DNA from: Camelus dromedarius
Lineage: Eukaryota
Assembly (NCBI RefSeq): GCF_036321535.1
Contig: NC_087438.1
Coordinates: 8,496,001-8,556,000 of the forward strand
Length of the DNA stretch: 60,000 bases
Direction of reading: 5' to 3'
Shown: piece by piece, positions 38,815 to 51,029 of the stretch
Numbering within the stretch: the stretch's first letter is position 1
Layout of the letters: every line of letters starts with the position of its first letter
The notes under the pieces: generated by a model
The model's database searches: none
Told to the model about the DNA's origin: nothing
The model's input: the letters and a program-made list of their open reading frames with translations, nothing else
Position numbers and translations under genes: made by a program

Positions 38815-39649
38815 ACTCTCCTTGGCTGAACAGAGGGAAGTTGGCAATGTCTTAGGTTAGGAACAGCATCAGACAGGGCATCCTGAGAAAGATACGTGAG
38901 TGCTTTTCTATTATCTTCTTTAAAAATCGTTATGAAAATGGCCAACCTCATAAACGTCGAGTGTTGCTGTGATGCAGTAAAAGGACACATGAAATGGATT
39001 CATCAAGTACTTATTAAACACCTCCTAAGAGGAGCACTAGTCCACTCAATGTTGAAGAGTCCAAAATCCCTGTTCTCGTGGAACTTACCTTCTAGAGGAG
39101 AGAACTACACACCACACACAGGTGACTCAGTGCACTACAGACGGCCAGTGTGCAGGACAAACCAAGCAGAGAACCTAAGTGGGGACTGTGGGGTGAGATG
39201 CTGCTTTTTAAATGGAGCAGATCAAGGTGCTCGCGGAGAACACAATATCCGAATAAAAACAAGAAGGCACCTGAGGGGCAGGAACCAAGCTAAGGACATT
39301 AATTACAACATCATTACCATCATTCTGCGTCTGCAGTCCTTGCTATTCTAGTCCTATGTTTATTCCTGGGTTATATTAGTTTTTGTTTTTGTTTTTGTTT
39401 TTTAAATTCTGTGAAAACCATACTCTGGTTAAGAGGTCATTTTAGAAGCAGGTTCAGATCCCTTCGGGCCTTTTATAACTACAAGCCTCGAAACGATCCT
39501 GAGGCTGACATGACATGGCCCCTATCTTATCCTTCCAGCTTCTTATTTCACATTCTTCCCAAGAGCAGACACTACAGACTCTTCCTGGCATTTTTTTCTT
39601 TCCTAGACCATTTTTCAGTGGTCATGGTTTCTGCTTTGAATTGACTTGA

Positions 39650-40050
39650 TCAGTACACTGTGACAAAATGTGGGGCAGTGGGAGGTCAGTATCCCAGGTT
39701 GAAGCTAACCCAGGCACGTCATTCCACTGACCTGAGAGACTAACTCAGATGTACGCAAAATCTAAGATGGAAAATAAGAACAGAAAAAGCTTCTTTTGGT
39801 GATAAAGAAGAAGGTTCCTTTCTCTGGCTGATGTATTTGGAAATGTGACGCAAAGAAGTGTTGTAGCCTTTGTTGTGTGAAAATGAAATACACCCTGGAA
39901 TCAAGCTGCTTCTTTGGAGAGGACTAAGTGAAGGCAATAATGTAGACACATTATGGAGCCCTGATCAAACCATGCCTGAAGTTCACATACCAGCAGACTT
40001 TTCAGATATGTCAAGCAATAAATCCCTATGCTTATTCAATTTTTTTTTGA
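39650..40050 (+). mobile_element. Old MaLR LTR fragments (MLT1J/K-like)
   Basis: GAGCCCTGATCAAACCATGCCTGAAG...GACTTTTCAGATATGTCAAGCAATAAATCCCT. Confidence 0.5.
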
Positions 40051-40779
40051 TCTTTATGGGACCAAAGCAACGTGAACTACCACCCTTCTACATACACAAA
40101 AATGTAAACACATTCTCAAATATATACCTTCATGAAGCCACATAATTGGGCTTTTTCAGAATCATTTGTATCACATTCTTCCAGAATAAAGTGAAACAGC
40201 ATTGCTTTGCCTCAGCCAGCCGAACCCTGGAATGTCTTCACAATCTAAAGTGTTCTCTGCTAATTTATAATTTTAATAGCTTGAATAACTCCCACCCTCC
40301 ATCACTTGTTATAAACGTATATTCACTATTTCTGCTCTTAATTGGGTCTTGTACGAACTGAGATGCACATCCAAATATTTCCCAAGCAGCCAATAGTTTT
40401 AGTGATACATATAGCTCATTTTATGTCAGCATCCACTTTCTAAAACAGCTCATAACTGTTTTAGAACAAATATTTTAATAAGCATTTTAACTGAAATGTT
40501 AACCAGGCTTTAAAATGAAGCTGTGATTTCCATGCTTTACTAAAAGTCATTGGTGAGCACACTTACTGCCCCAGGCAAATCCTGTAAGAATTTGATTAAT
40601 TATTTGAGAAGTATAATCTATTACAGCCACCATAAAATTGCTAAAAGAATTATGCTATTGTTGTAATAACTTTTGGAGTTTTTAATTTATGCCTGCTTGT
40701 GTACCTAATAATATTTTCATAATCTGTGTATTTTATTTACTGTATAGCTTGATGATTTCTAGCATATGTAATTTTAACA

Positions 40780-41070
40780 TTGATGAAATTCAAATATTTC
40801 AAAGTTCAGTTAGGTGGTACCCAAAATATTTTTTTAATTGAGGTACAGTCAGTTACAATGTGTCAATTTCCAGTGTACAGCACAATGTCCCAGTCATGCA
40901 TACACACACATATATTCGTTTTCATATTCTTTTTCATTAAAGATTACAAGATATTGAATATAGTTCCCTGTGTTTTACAGAAGAAAGATATTTCACATTC
41001 TTTTCTCACTAAGTCTTTGTAGTTAGGTTGTATTTTATGCTTACAGAACATCTTAATTTGGACTAGCTTC
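40780..41070. mobile_element. MER3/MER33-like hAT MITE split by an antisense L1 tail (about 40828-40985)
   Basis: MER-like TACCCAAAATATT and GATATTTCACATTCTT...CTTACAGAACATCTTAATTTGGACTAGC flank TTTTTTAATTGAGGTACAGTCAGTTACAATGTGTC (reverse L1 3' end). Confidence 0.65.
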
Positions 41071-41071
41071 A

Positions 41072-41305
41072 TTTTATTTTATTTGTTATTTTCATTAAAG
41101 GTTATACAAGATATTGAACATAGTTCCCCGTGCTATATGGAAGAAATTTGTTTTTTTTAATCTATTTTTATATATAGTGGCTAACATTTGCAAATCTCAA
41201 ATTCCCAAATTTATCCCTTCCCACCCCCCTTCCCCCTGGTAACAGTAAGATTGTTTACTATGTCTGCAAGTCTGTTTCTGTTTTGTAGATGAGTTCATTA
41301 GTGTC
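41072..41305 (-). mobile_element. LINE-1 3' UTR fragment, antisense
   Basis: AAGATATTGAACATAGTTCCCCGTGCTATA...CCCTGGTAAC...TCTGTTTCTGTTTTGTAGATGAGTTCAT. Confidence 0.85.
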
Positions 41306-43310
41306 AAATCATGCCAATGCAGACTTTAAAATGAGTTTTAAATGTGTCTATACTTTGAAACAGAACACAGTTTTGTGTACCTGTGGAGAGCAATCCGGAA
41401 TCTCATACATAAGAGGGAAAACATCTTGATGTTGCAAAACACTGAGTTCCCAGTGGGTACCCATTTAATTAAAAGACTTGGTAGACGAGGGCAGTTCACG
41501 TCCACGTGGGTGGGATATCACTGACGGATGTATTAACACTGTAGTGGGCGGCTAATTTAAACAGCTCTGTGACAGAAAGGCAGATCTGTCTAAAAGGAAC
41601 CTCAAAGTGTGAAAGCAACAGTGACAGCACATGGGCTGATGGGACGGAGGGCTGCACAAGGCATGTGAAAAACCAAGTGGATGGCATGTGGCCAGGGGAA
41701 AAAAGAAAGCCATACAGCAAATGATGAGCTCCTGTCGGTGAGGGCTAAGTTACCCTGAATTGTATCCAAGCTGCCGTTTTAATGGGCAAATGTCAAGGAT
41801 CTTGCCAGCAATTCCCAGGTCTCAGTCTGAAAAGGACTCTGCAATGTCACTCAAATATAGAGCACTTCCCCCCTTGATCAAAATAAAATGAAACATCGAA
41901 TAAAAGCATAGCAGAAATAACAAACTTAGTGTTACAATACTTACAGTGTTACAACACAGTGGAGGTTACAATACAGATTTATGGTTAAGATTTCTTAATG
42001 AGGTAAGTGAGCTGGTGTGTCCATTATTATGATGAAATGGAGCTAAGCTACAACTGACCAGAGCAGATTTAATAGATTTATATTATAAAAGGTAAACACT
42101 TTTCAAAGAATTTATCTTTAAGCTCTTCTCTCATTCTGCAGGAGTCTCATTAATGAGAGTTTTATGGATACTAGGATCTTACCTGCTAAAGGAATTATAT
42201 CTACAAATTATATCTAAAACCCAAATCCCTACAAAATGCAGGTTCATTAAAAGAGGACAGGTATCACTAGGGAGTGATGTACAGCCAAATATAGAAATAG
42301 CACGAAGATAGCCATGAATGAAATGAAAATGAAAACAAAGAAATTGAAATTATTTCAAAACCATAGAAAACTGTGAAGTTTCTGTACCAATGAATTAAAA
42401 TTAAAGTTAACATTAAATGTTAATTAAAACCAACATTCAAGTAGAACTTTTACCTGTATTATTTTACTTTCATACTGAACTTGGAATAAGTTGTACCACC
42501 AAGGTGCCTCCCTTCATAGTTAAACAATAGTAAAGGCTTAAATGAGAGATGTCACTTGACAAATTGTTTCAAGCGACTGACAGCTACTGATCACTTTTAT
42601 AAAACCCTTATGAGACTCTGAGTTATCCTGATTACAGAGCAGTTAGTTGCACTTTGTGCTGTGTAACAAACATTGCCTGGATTCCGATGCCCAATTTTTT
42701 AAATCTAATTATGTTTAAATGGTAAATACCTTACATGTAAGCCAGTGGTCATTTGCGATCAATTCGATCATTCCAGTAATAGGGCTTGTGCCAGCCATTT
42801 CTTAGTCTAACAGGATAAGGAGTGGAACCCTTCCTGGTGCCCGGCATTTCAGCAGAAGCCCAAAGCAGGTTCTCACTCTATGAGTGAGAACAGCTGAGAT
42901 GAACTGCAGTCAATCTCTTTCTTGCTAAGAGGTGGGGAGTCTGGTCCTAACTTCAGGAGAACAGAGAGGAAGGCTCTACCTCCGCCCCTCATGCCACTGG
43001 TGGAGTCTCCAAGATACCCAGTGAGATGTAACAGAATGCCTGTGAGGAGAGGAGACGGCTTCCCCTCATTCCGGTGGATTCAGGGTTCTGTAGCTGTCAG
43101 GCAGCAGCAACTATTAAGTTTCCAACTATTAAGTTTTCCTCTCCACTTGGGTCTTCCTGAAGACATACGGAGGAATGGGGAGAAAATGACGCGAGGAATT
43201 CAAAAAGGTTTTCCTTGTTTCTTGTGGACTTTTGTTATACCGGCTACAGTTTTTATTGCAAAGCAATAAATACACTTTAGAACAATTTTACTACAAAAAT
43301 GACAAAGTAA

Positions 43311-43781
43311 CAAAAGAAAGGACACAAATGAACTTCTTTACAAAACACAGACTCACAGACAGAAAACAAACATGAGGGGGGAGGGTATAGCTCAAGTGGT
43401 AGAACGCATGCTTAGTACGTGTGGGGTCCTGGGTTCAATCCCTGGTACCTTCTCTAAGAACAAATAAATAAACTACTTACCTCCTCCCCACCAAAAAAAA
43501 CCCAAACCTTAAAAAAAAAAAACAAAAATAAACATGGTTACCAGTGGGGAATGGGGGTGGGAAGGGGTAAACATGGAGTTTGGGATTTGCAGATACTAAC
43601 TGCTACATAAAAAAACAGATCAACAAGGTCCTACTGTACAGCACAAGGAACTATACTCAATGCCTTGTAATGGCCTATGATGAAAAAGAATATGAAAAGG
43701 AACATACATATATGTATAAATGAATCACTGTGCTGTACGCAAAAAATTAACACATTGTAAATCAACTACACTTCAATTGAA
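43311..43781 (+). mobile_element. LINE-1 3' UTR fragment with TSD, carrying a nested SINE
   Basis: TSD AAAAATGACAAAGTAA at 43295-43310 and 43782-43797; L1 UTR motifs ACAGACTCACAGAC, GTACAGCACAAGGAACTATA. Confidence 0.92.
43375..43524 (+). mobile_element. tRNA-derived SINE, camelid Vic-1-like
   Basis: GGGGGGAGGGTATAGCTCAAGTGGTAGAACGCATGCTTAG...GTCCTGGGTTCAATCCCTGGTACC, A-tail; TSD AAAA(C/T)AAACATG at 43363-43374 and 43525-43536. Confidence 0.93.
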
Positions 43782-44875
43782 AAAAATGACAAAGTAAGAC
43801 AAATACTAGAGTGGAGTCTCAGATGACCACTCACACATGCCAACATAAATAAAAAAAAAAAAAATCTCCCATTTCTCCGTAACAATTTTGATTTTTCTGA
43901 GCCTAATCCACCAGTTGGTGGAAAATTAAATTTCACCGCAGTGAGGTGATTCAGGCAAGACTAAATAATTTAAACTATCTAATGCGGGCTTTACCTGTAC
44001 GTCTGGGATCAACACCCATGATTTCAGAGTCTGGCCTTCCCCTTTCTTTTCTTCGATGGTGCCCAATGGGAATGTGAGCGCATGGCCGGGGGATGGCCTC
44101 TGAGAACTCCGGATGCCCTCTGTTCTGGGCTGTTGGCCACCCGGGGAGTGGAGGGGTTCTCTGTCGGCCTCTGCTACAAGTGCTGGGGCTGGGAAAATGC
44201 CCCAGTCTGCTCTCATGCTCTGGGCTGGGCAGGGTCAAGTGTGCGTCCCCTGACTCAGGTGGGCCAACAGGTGCTCTCCGTCCTTTTGAGGTTTGGATGA
44301 ATCCAGGCCAAAGCAATCTTTGCAGCATCCTTGACTGCATGGTCCCTCTTTCTGACCATGGCAACATCCCTAGCCAACTCTCCAGGAGGAGCCTCAGCAG
44401 ACTCCTGGGCCCTGTCCTGGCAGCTGGTGACCTTGTCCCTGATAAGAGGACTTCAGGGGGACACAGGAGAGCTAGACAAACCTGCACTCTGAAAAAGCCC
44501 TGAAATTTACTTTGATGAGTCTGCTTTTACTCGGTAGCATGCAAAGTGAACTCTTCTCTGATTGCTAAATGAAGAGCCCTCAACAGCCCGTAGCTTTTGG
44601 CTTTCTTCTACATTTATCTAGCATGTCTCCTTTTTTTTTAGAACTTCTGTTTGGAAGAGGGGTGACAGGACCACATGTCTGACTACCTGCTTCCCCTGCT
44701 TTTGCCTCGTTCCTTCCTAACACTCACATCTGATCAGGACTCAGAAGTGAACCGTATAGTCTAACTTGTCAATTCTGGTTATTGATATGGTAAATGGGAT
44801 TAAGGAAATATGGACAATCCTTCTGTGTGCATACATCACAAGGCATTCATGACAGTCATGTTAAAAAGTTAATGT

Positions 44876-45012
44876 GGGGCGGGGGAGGGGGGTAAAAGCT
44901 TAGTGGTAGATCAAGTCTTAGCATACACAAGGTCCCTGAGTTCAATCCGCGGTACTTCCATCAGTCAATCAATAAATAAACCTAATTACCTCCTCCACAA
45001 CCCCACCCCTCA
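44876..45012 (+). mobile_element. tRNA-derived SINE, camelid Vic-1-like
   Basis: AGCTTAGTGGTAGA...CTTAGCATACACAAGGTCCCTGAGTTCAATCC...AATAAATAAACCTAATTACCTCC; direct repeat AAAAAGTTA at 44863-44871 and 45013-45021. Confidence 0.88.
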
Positions 45013-46202
45013 AAAAAGTTAGAGTCAAACTGTGATTCAAGTTGCCTCTCCACACTAGGCAACATCTGTCTCCTTCCCCAGACGATAAATCTTAAGGCCC
45101 AAATGCAGAATGGAAACGGTGCAATAAACAAGTCTGCATGTAAAAATTTAAATGCATTACTTCAATATTTGCAAAATATTATCCATACTACATTAGTTTC
45201 TACTCCAAATCTAATCACACAGCCTGTATTCACATAACTCTATGGTAAATTAATATAATGACAACAGTACCAATTCTCAAACTAAGATATGCTCATAAAA
45301 AGTTTTACATATTCAAGTGAAATTCTTTTGGCCATTTATCCTACATACAAGATTTAATTTCTCGCAATTTACAGAATTCCTCCAACTCAGACTTTTTCTA
45401 GATGGTCTGGAAATTAATGTGTTACTTTGAAATAAGGTCTTCTGTCAACGGGGCACTCACTAAGATAGTTGCTCTATTTCTATTACATAGTTGAGCAAAT
45501 TTCCTCGAAACTTCAGGCATTCCATGAAGTGGGTTTTAAAGGACGCTCTCTGTCTCTACATTTGCAGTAAATGCCAGGTTTGGTTCATGCCACAGGCTAA
45601 TTGGCAGTAGTCTGACAGCCCCAGGATTCTCGCAGTAACAGGAATTATCCTCAAAGGTAAATTAAGCTTGCTGAGGGATTTAGAATTTATAAATTAACCA
45701 CCATTTATTAGTCAAACTACTAATGTCCACAGTATTCACTAACAATGTCTCCCCACATACTATAAAAATAAAATCTCCATTTATAACTTTAATTCATATG
45801 ATTTTTTTTGTAGATAATATAACTTTGACCAGTGTTCAAACTACTTTCTCTGTTTTTTCACACTGATTGTTTTTTAACATATATCACATACAATCTAAGG
45901 TTGAAAATTCATCTGTCAGAACTTAGGGAATGGAACACTTGAGTTTACTCAAGCCATTTTATGTAAGGTTTACCTAAGAAAGAATCATAAAGAAATACTG
46001 AGCTCTGATTCATGGTCTGCAGCATCAAACCCTAGTTGGCAAGGATTTAACTATATAGTGAATATAGTGCACTTAAGGTCCACAACTTACTTTTGTATTG
46101 CAAATTGATTTATTACTTTCCTTTGTCTCCATTCAGGGTAACGAATTTTAGGGAAGATGATTATGTCTAAGGTAAAGTTTCTCTTGTTCTATATATGCCT
46201 CT

Positions 46203-47836
46203 TTTTGTGGTAAGAACACTTTAACTCTGCTCACTTCGTAGATTTCAAGTATACAACACATTACTATTAACTACAGTCACCACACTGTGCTATACGTTGT
46301 CTCTCCCGAAGCTCACCTTCTTACTGAAAGTCAGTTCTCTCTGACCAGAAGCCACTGATTGATTGCTTCCTCCCTCCAGCTTCTAGAAACCACCATTCTA
46401 CTCTCGTCTACGAGTTCAATTTTTTTGGATTCTGTATACAAGTGAGATCACGCCCTATTTGTGTCTAGCTCCTTTCACTCAGCATAGTGTCCTCTAGTTG
46501 TCACAAATGGCAGGATTTCCTTATTTCCTCTGTGTTTGCATATCTTTGTGTGTGTGTGTGTGTGTATCACACTTTCTTTATCCATCCATTTGTTGATGGA
46601 CATTTAGGTTGTTTCCATATCTTGGCTGTCATGAAAAATGTTTCAGTGAACATGGGACTGAAGCTATCTCTTCAAGGTATGGATTTCATTTATTTCCTTT
46701 ACCCATAATACCCAGAGAAGCGGCATTTCTGGATCATACAGCAGTGCTGTCTTTGGTGTTTTGAGGAAACTCCATATTGTTTTCCACAGTGGCTGCACCA
46801 ATTCACAGTTACACCAACAGTATGCAATGGTTCCCTTTTCTCCACATCAACACTCGCTATTTTTTGACTTTTTAAAAAGAGCCATCTTAACAGACATGAG
46901 GCTATATCTCCTTGTAGGTTGATATACTTCTTCGGATAATGAGTGACATGAGCATCTTTCCATGTATCTGTTGGCCATTTTTATATCCTCTATGCAAAAC
47001 TGTCTATTCAAGCCCTTTGCCCATTTTTAAAATCAGGTCTTTTTTTTTTTAATATTGGATTGTCTAAGTTCCTTATATATTTTGGCTATTAGCCCCCTAT
47101 CATGGTTTGCAATATGGTTTGATACATGGTTTGCAAATATTTTCTTCCATTCTATGGATTGCCTTTTCATTCTGGTGTTCCCTTTGCAGTGCAGAAGCTT
47201 TTCAGTTTGATGTGGTCCCACTTGTTTATTTTTGCTTTTGTGGCCTGAGCTTTTTGTGCCACACTCAAAAAGTTATTACCAAGACCAATGTCAAAGAGCA
47301 TTTTCCCTGTTTTCTTTTAGGAGTTTTATGGTTTCAGGTCTTAAATTGAAGGCTATAACCCATTCTGAGTTGATCTTTGTGAATGGTGTAAGATAGGGTC
47401 TAATTTCATTCTTTTGCATTTGGCTGTCCAGTTTTTCCAACACTATTTATTGAAGAGACTGCCCTTTCCCCACTGTGTATTCTTGGTGTCTTAGTCAAAG
47501 ATTAGTTGACTTTATGTGCATTAATTTATTTCTGGGCCCTCTACTCTGTTCCAGTTGTCTGTCGGTTCTCTTTTAATGTCTGTACCATACCGGTTTGATT
47601 ACTAAAGCTTTACAATATAGTTTGAAAATCAGGCAGTGTGGTGCTTCCTTCTTTTTTCTTTTTCCTCCATATTGCTTTGGCTGTTTGAAGTCTTTTGTGG
47701 TTTTATACACATTTCAGGGGGTTTTTTTGCCTGTGAAAAATGCCATTGGTATTTTGATAAGGATTGAATCAAATCTGCCAATCATGTCAGCGAGCATGGA
47801 CATCTTAACAATATTAAATTTGGATATATGAACACA
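46203..47836 (-). mobile_element. LINE-1 (L1MA-like) ORF2 3' part and 3' UTR, antisense
   Basis: TGTGGTAAGAACACTT...TTTCAAGTATACAACACA; ORF 47033-47221(-) [16 protein letters not shown]...GLIAKIYKEL is L1 ORF2. Confidence 0.93.
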
Positions 47837-48530
47837 GTAATTGATCTGTGGAAACTTCTCAGTAAGACGTGGCTCCTCTGTAGTCTATAGTTCAGTAACT
47901 AATTAATACTTTATTATTTTAATTCTATTTCACTTAAATACAACTTTAAATAATCACACCAGCAGAAGTGTCCCAAAATAAACAAACAGCTTCAGTTTAC
48001 TAAAGGTGAGTTAACAGGTTTTCACTAATAGTATTCCACATTCTTTAAGTAATGGCATGCATAATACTGACAAAGCCCACTTATGTAGCCATCAATGTGT
48101 ACCAGTACTATAGTAAGTGCCTTATTTTTATTATCTTATGTTAAACTGTAAAAACTATCAAATAGGATGGCATTATTATCTCCATTTGAAAAAGAAGAAA
48201 TGAGTCTTAGAGATACGTAGAAAATGGCAAAAAAAGAATTTGAATAAAATAATATCTTGACTTTATGTTACACCTCTTCCATTAAGTTCCTAACTACTGT
48301 CTTGGTTTGTATTTCCAGCATTATGTTTTGGAGTGTTGTCATAAATGATGGTACAATTTGAATTCAGAAAAAAATTGGTTGAGAAGAAATTTTGGTGACA
48401 TGGTAAACAAAAAAGGAACAGTGTTTATGAGTTTCAAACTCTCCAAAGCAACTGAATACTAGGATAAAGAATTTCAGTTACTCTAACCAAAGATTCAAAT
48501 ACCTGGTTTGTGTAACAAGTGATTATTTCA

Positions 48531-49072
48531 GTATGGTAGGAAGTCTGTAAGAGGGATCTCAGTGAACCCCACATCTGGTATTAATGGCCTTGTGTGATTC
48601 CTTCCCCATGAATAACTTCCCTCTAACCAATAACAGGCAATGGTGATGGGATGTCATTAGGTTAAATAGATTAGGTAAAGAGTGTGACTTCATATTGCCA
48701 GTAGAGTCTTTTTTGCTTCTTGGCTCTCATGCTGCAATGAAGCCAGATGCCACACTGGAGACATCAATATGGCAAGGAACCGAGGGAAGTCTCTGGTGAA
48801 AAGCCACTGAGGATATGAAGACCTCACTCTGACAACCCGCAAGGAACTCAAGGCTACTAACTACTAAGGGAGCCTGGAATTGGACCCTTTTCCAAGCAAA
48901 CCTTCAGATGAGACTGTACATCTTGTTTCAGGGCTTGTGAGAGACTATGAAACAGGACCCATCTGAGGGCATTTCTTAACCACAGAAGCCATACAACGAT
49001 GAACGTATATTGTCTTAAGCTGTTTTGTTTGCAGGGTTTTTTTTTTGTTAGAAAACAATAGATAATGATACA
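48531..49072 (+). mobile_element. MaLR solo LTR (MLT1F-like)
   Basis: ATGGTAGG...CCCCACATCTGGTATTAATGGCCTTGTGTGATTCC...GGCAAGGAAC...CCTTCAGATGAGACTG...CAATAGATAATGATACA. Confidence 0.8.
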
Positions 49073-50628
49073 TTTAATATGGCTGTTTTAAAGTGATTCA
49101 ATTATTCTAACCACTGATCATTTATATTTGGTTCTACTTTCCTTGAATCCATATTCTGAGCCTAATTTTAATGCCTGTGTCAACAATTTAAATATATACT
49201 GAACTGAATGAATAGGAAGTATGTTCAGAAGTAAAACACTGATTAAAATGAGAGGAATTAAAGAGATACACATGGTGAAGATTTCAAAGTTTGACGTTAC
49301 TGCCCTCTAAGAAGATGAAGAAAAGATCAAGTTAAGGAAAACCACTAATGATGTACGCAGTTTTTCTCAATTACTGTGTTTTTGAGTTTGGGCTGGCTGC
49401 ACTGAGTTGGTTATTATAGTCTATCAGGAATGTTACTGACTCGATTTCGTTCTCAAATATTTTCAAAGAAAATATCTCAATATTTTTTAGCTTGATGCGA
49501 AAAGCATTGCTGTCACAGTTACAGAAGCACACCAGCGGCCTGCCCAAATCATTAATCACAGAGGACATTTTCATATCTGAAGATAATGACGATGAAGGTG
49601 TAAATACGAGTCATCATAAAACCACTGAGTTTTTTTAGCCGTTATGCAGCTCATTTTCATTAACCACCTTGATGTTAAGTATCTTCTTTACATGATAAAA
49701 ATTTTGTAAGGTAAAACAATGCTCTCATATTAGTGATTAATTGGGAGAAAGGTGTTATTCATGATGATGTAAAAGGTTTCTAGGCTATTAAGTACCACTT
49801 TAGTGCCTATTATACAGTTTTACTTTAAAAATTAAATCTTCATTAGGAATTGTGAATGGCATCCAGGGAAATGTTTGTGTGACAAGTATAATACACAATA
49901 CGAGGCACTTTTAATCACCAAACTCCAAAGACTAGATTGCAATGCTCTGTCACCAGCTTCCTTACCACAGATCCTTTACCACAGATCCTTTATTTGTACG
50001 GATACACACGTGAGCATAAAGTTCAACAATCTAAGAAGAGCAAAGATAATTTCTCTCTCTCTCTCTCAAGCACTCCGCAAAAAACCACCAACAGCAAAAT
50101 AACAAAGCATTACTGGTAATTTAAATAAATTTGGAAATCGTCAAAAAGAAAGCAGCCATCAAGCATTCCTGTTTCAACCTGTGTACCTGACAGAAACAAG
50201 CTAAATGTATCGAGTCCTCTACTTGACACATTTACAGAGGCATTAGTGAGTTTTGTGTCTGTACTGTTTGATTATTTGCTTGTTTAGTTAATTGATGATT
50301 TGTAACTGTGATTGCTGAGTATAAGAAATAGGACTGAATAAATCGATTTCAATAATTCTTAAAATGATAGAAATTTTCTAAAGGTTGATTATGTTGATAG
50401 GGAAATACATGAAAGTATTTAAAGCTACTGCATTAGAGAAGTAGAAAATGCGCCAGGTTAGCTTGGTGGAGGGTTTAGAATAGGTATGGAAGAGAACAAA
50501 GGTGCATCACTTCAAGGAAGAGATTACACTGCTCTGACAGACAGGGAAGTAGGGATGCTGTGGTGATCAATGCCATTTCACTGGAAGTTTTTACTACCTT
50601 TCAAAATATGTATAATGTCACAATTTAT

Positions 50629-50641
50629 ATATGTATGTATA

Positions 50642-50678
<37 letters not shown>
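50629..50678. repeat. (TG)n(TA)n compound microsatellite
   Basis: ATATGTATGTATATGTGTGTGTGTGTGTGTATATATATATATATATATAT. Confidence 0.95.
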
Positions 50679-51029
50679 GAATTTTAGAAAATATTTGTAA
50701 ATACTGATTAAATTTTTTAGATTAAAAAGATATTAGACTTTATTACCAGGTCCCTCATAATCTATCCATACTTGAAAAGAAGTGAGTTAAATATCGTTTC
50801 TGCCAATGAGAAGTCATTTCATAAACGTCCGTAGTACACAGTTAAAAATTCAACTAACAGGCATAAAACACAGCCCTCATCCCCAGACACTTCTCATGTA
50901 GGAAGAAAAGCATTGAAGGAAGGTCAGCAAATGCATTCATTCCAGTCCTGACGGAGGAGGCACGAAGGGGGGAGCAGAAGCGCAAGCGTCCATCGCCAGG
51001 GGCGAGGAGGTAGCCTCCATCCTACCTCC

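Noticed and set aside
43108..43138. Short tandem duplications (also near 10043, 22691, 47101 and 49962)
   Set aside because: Ordinary 13-15 bp slippage duplications with no sign of function.
43375..43450. tRNA-like A/B boxes
   Set aside because: A-tail, TSD and several diverged copies show a SINE, not a tRNA gene.
43926..44503. Overlapping 96-170 aa ORFs
   Set aside because: GC-rich, possibly LTR-derived; no domain or exon structure.
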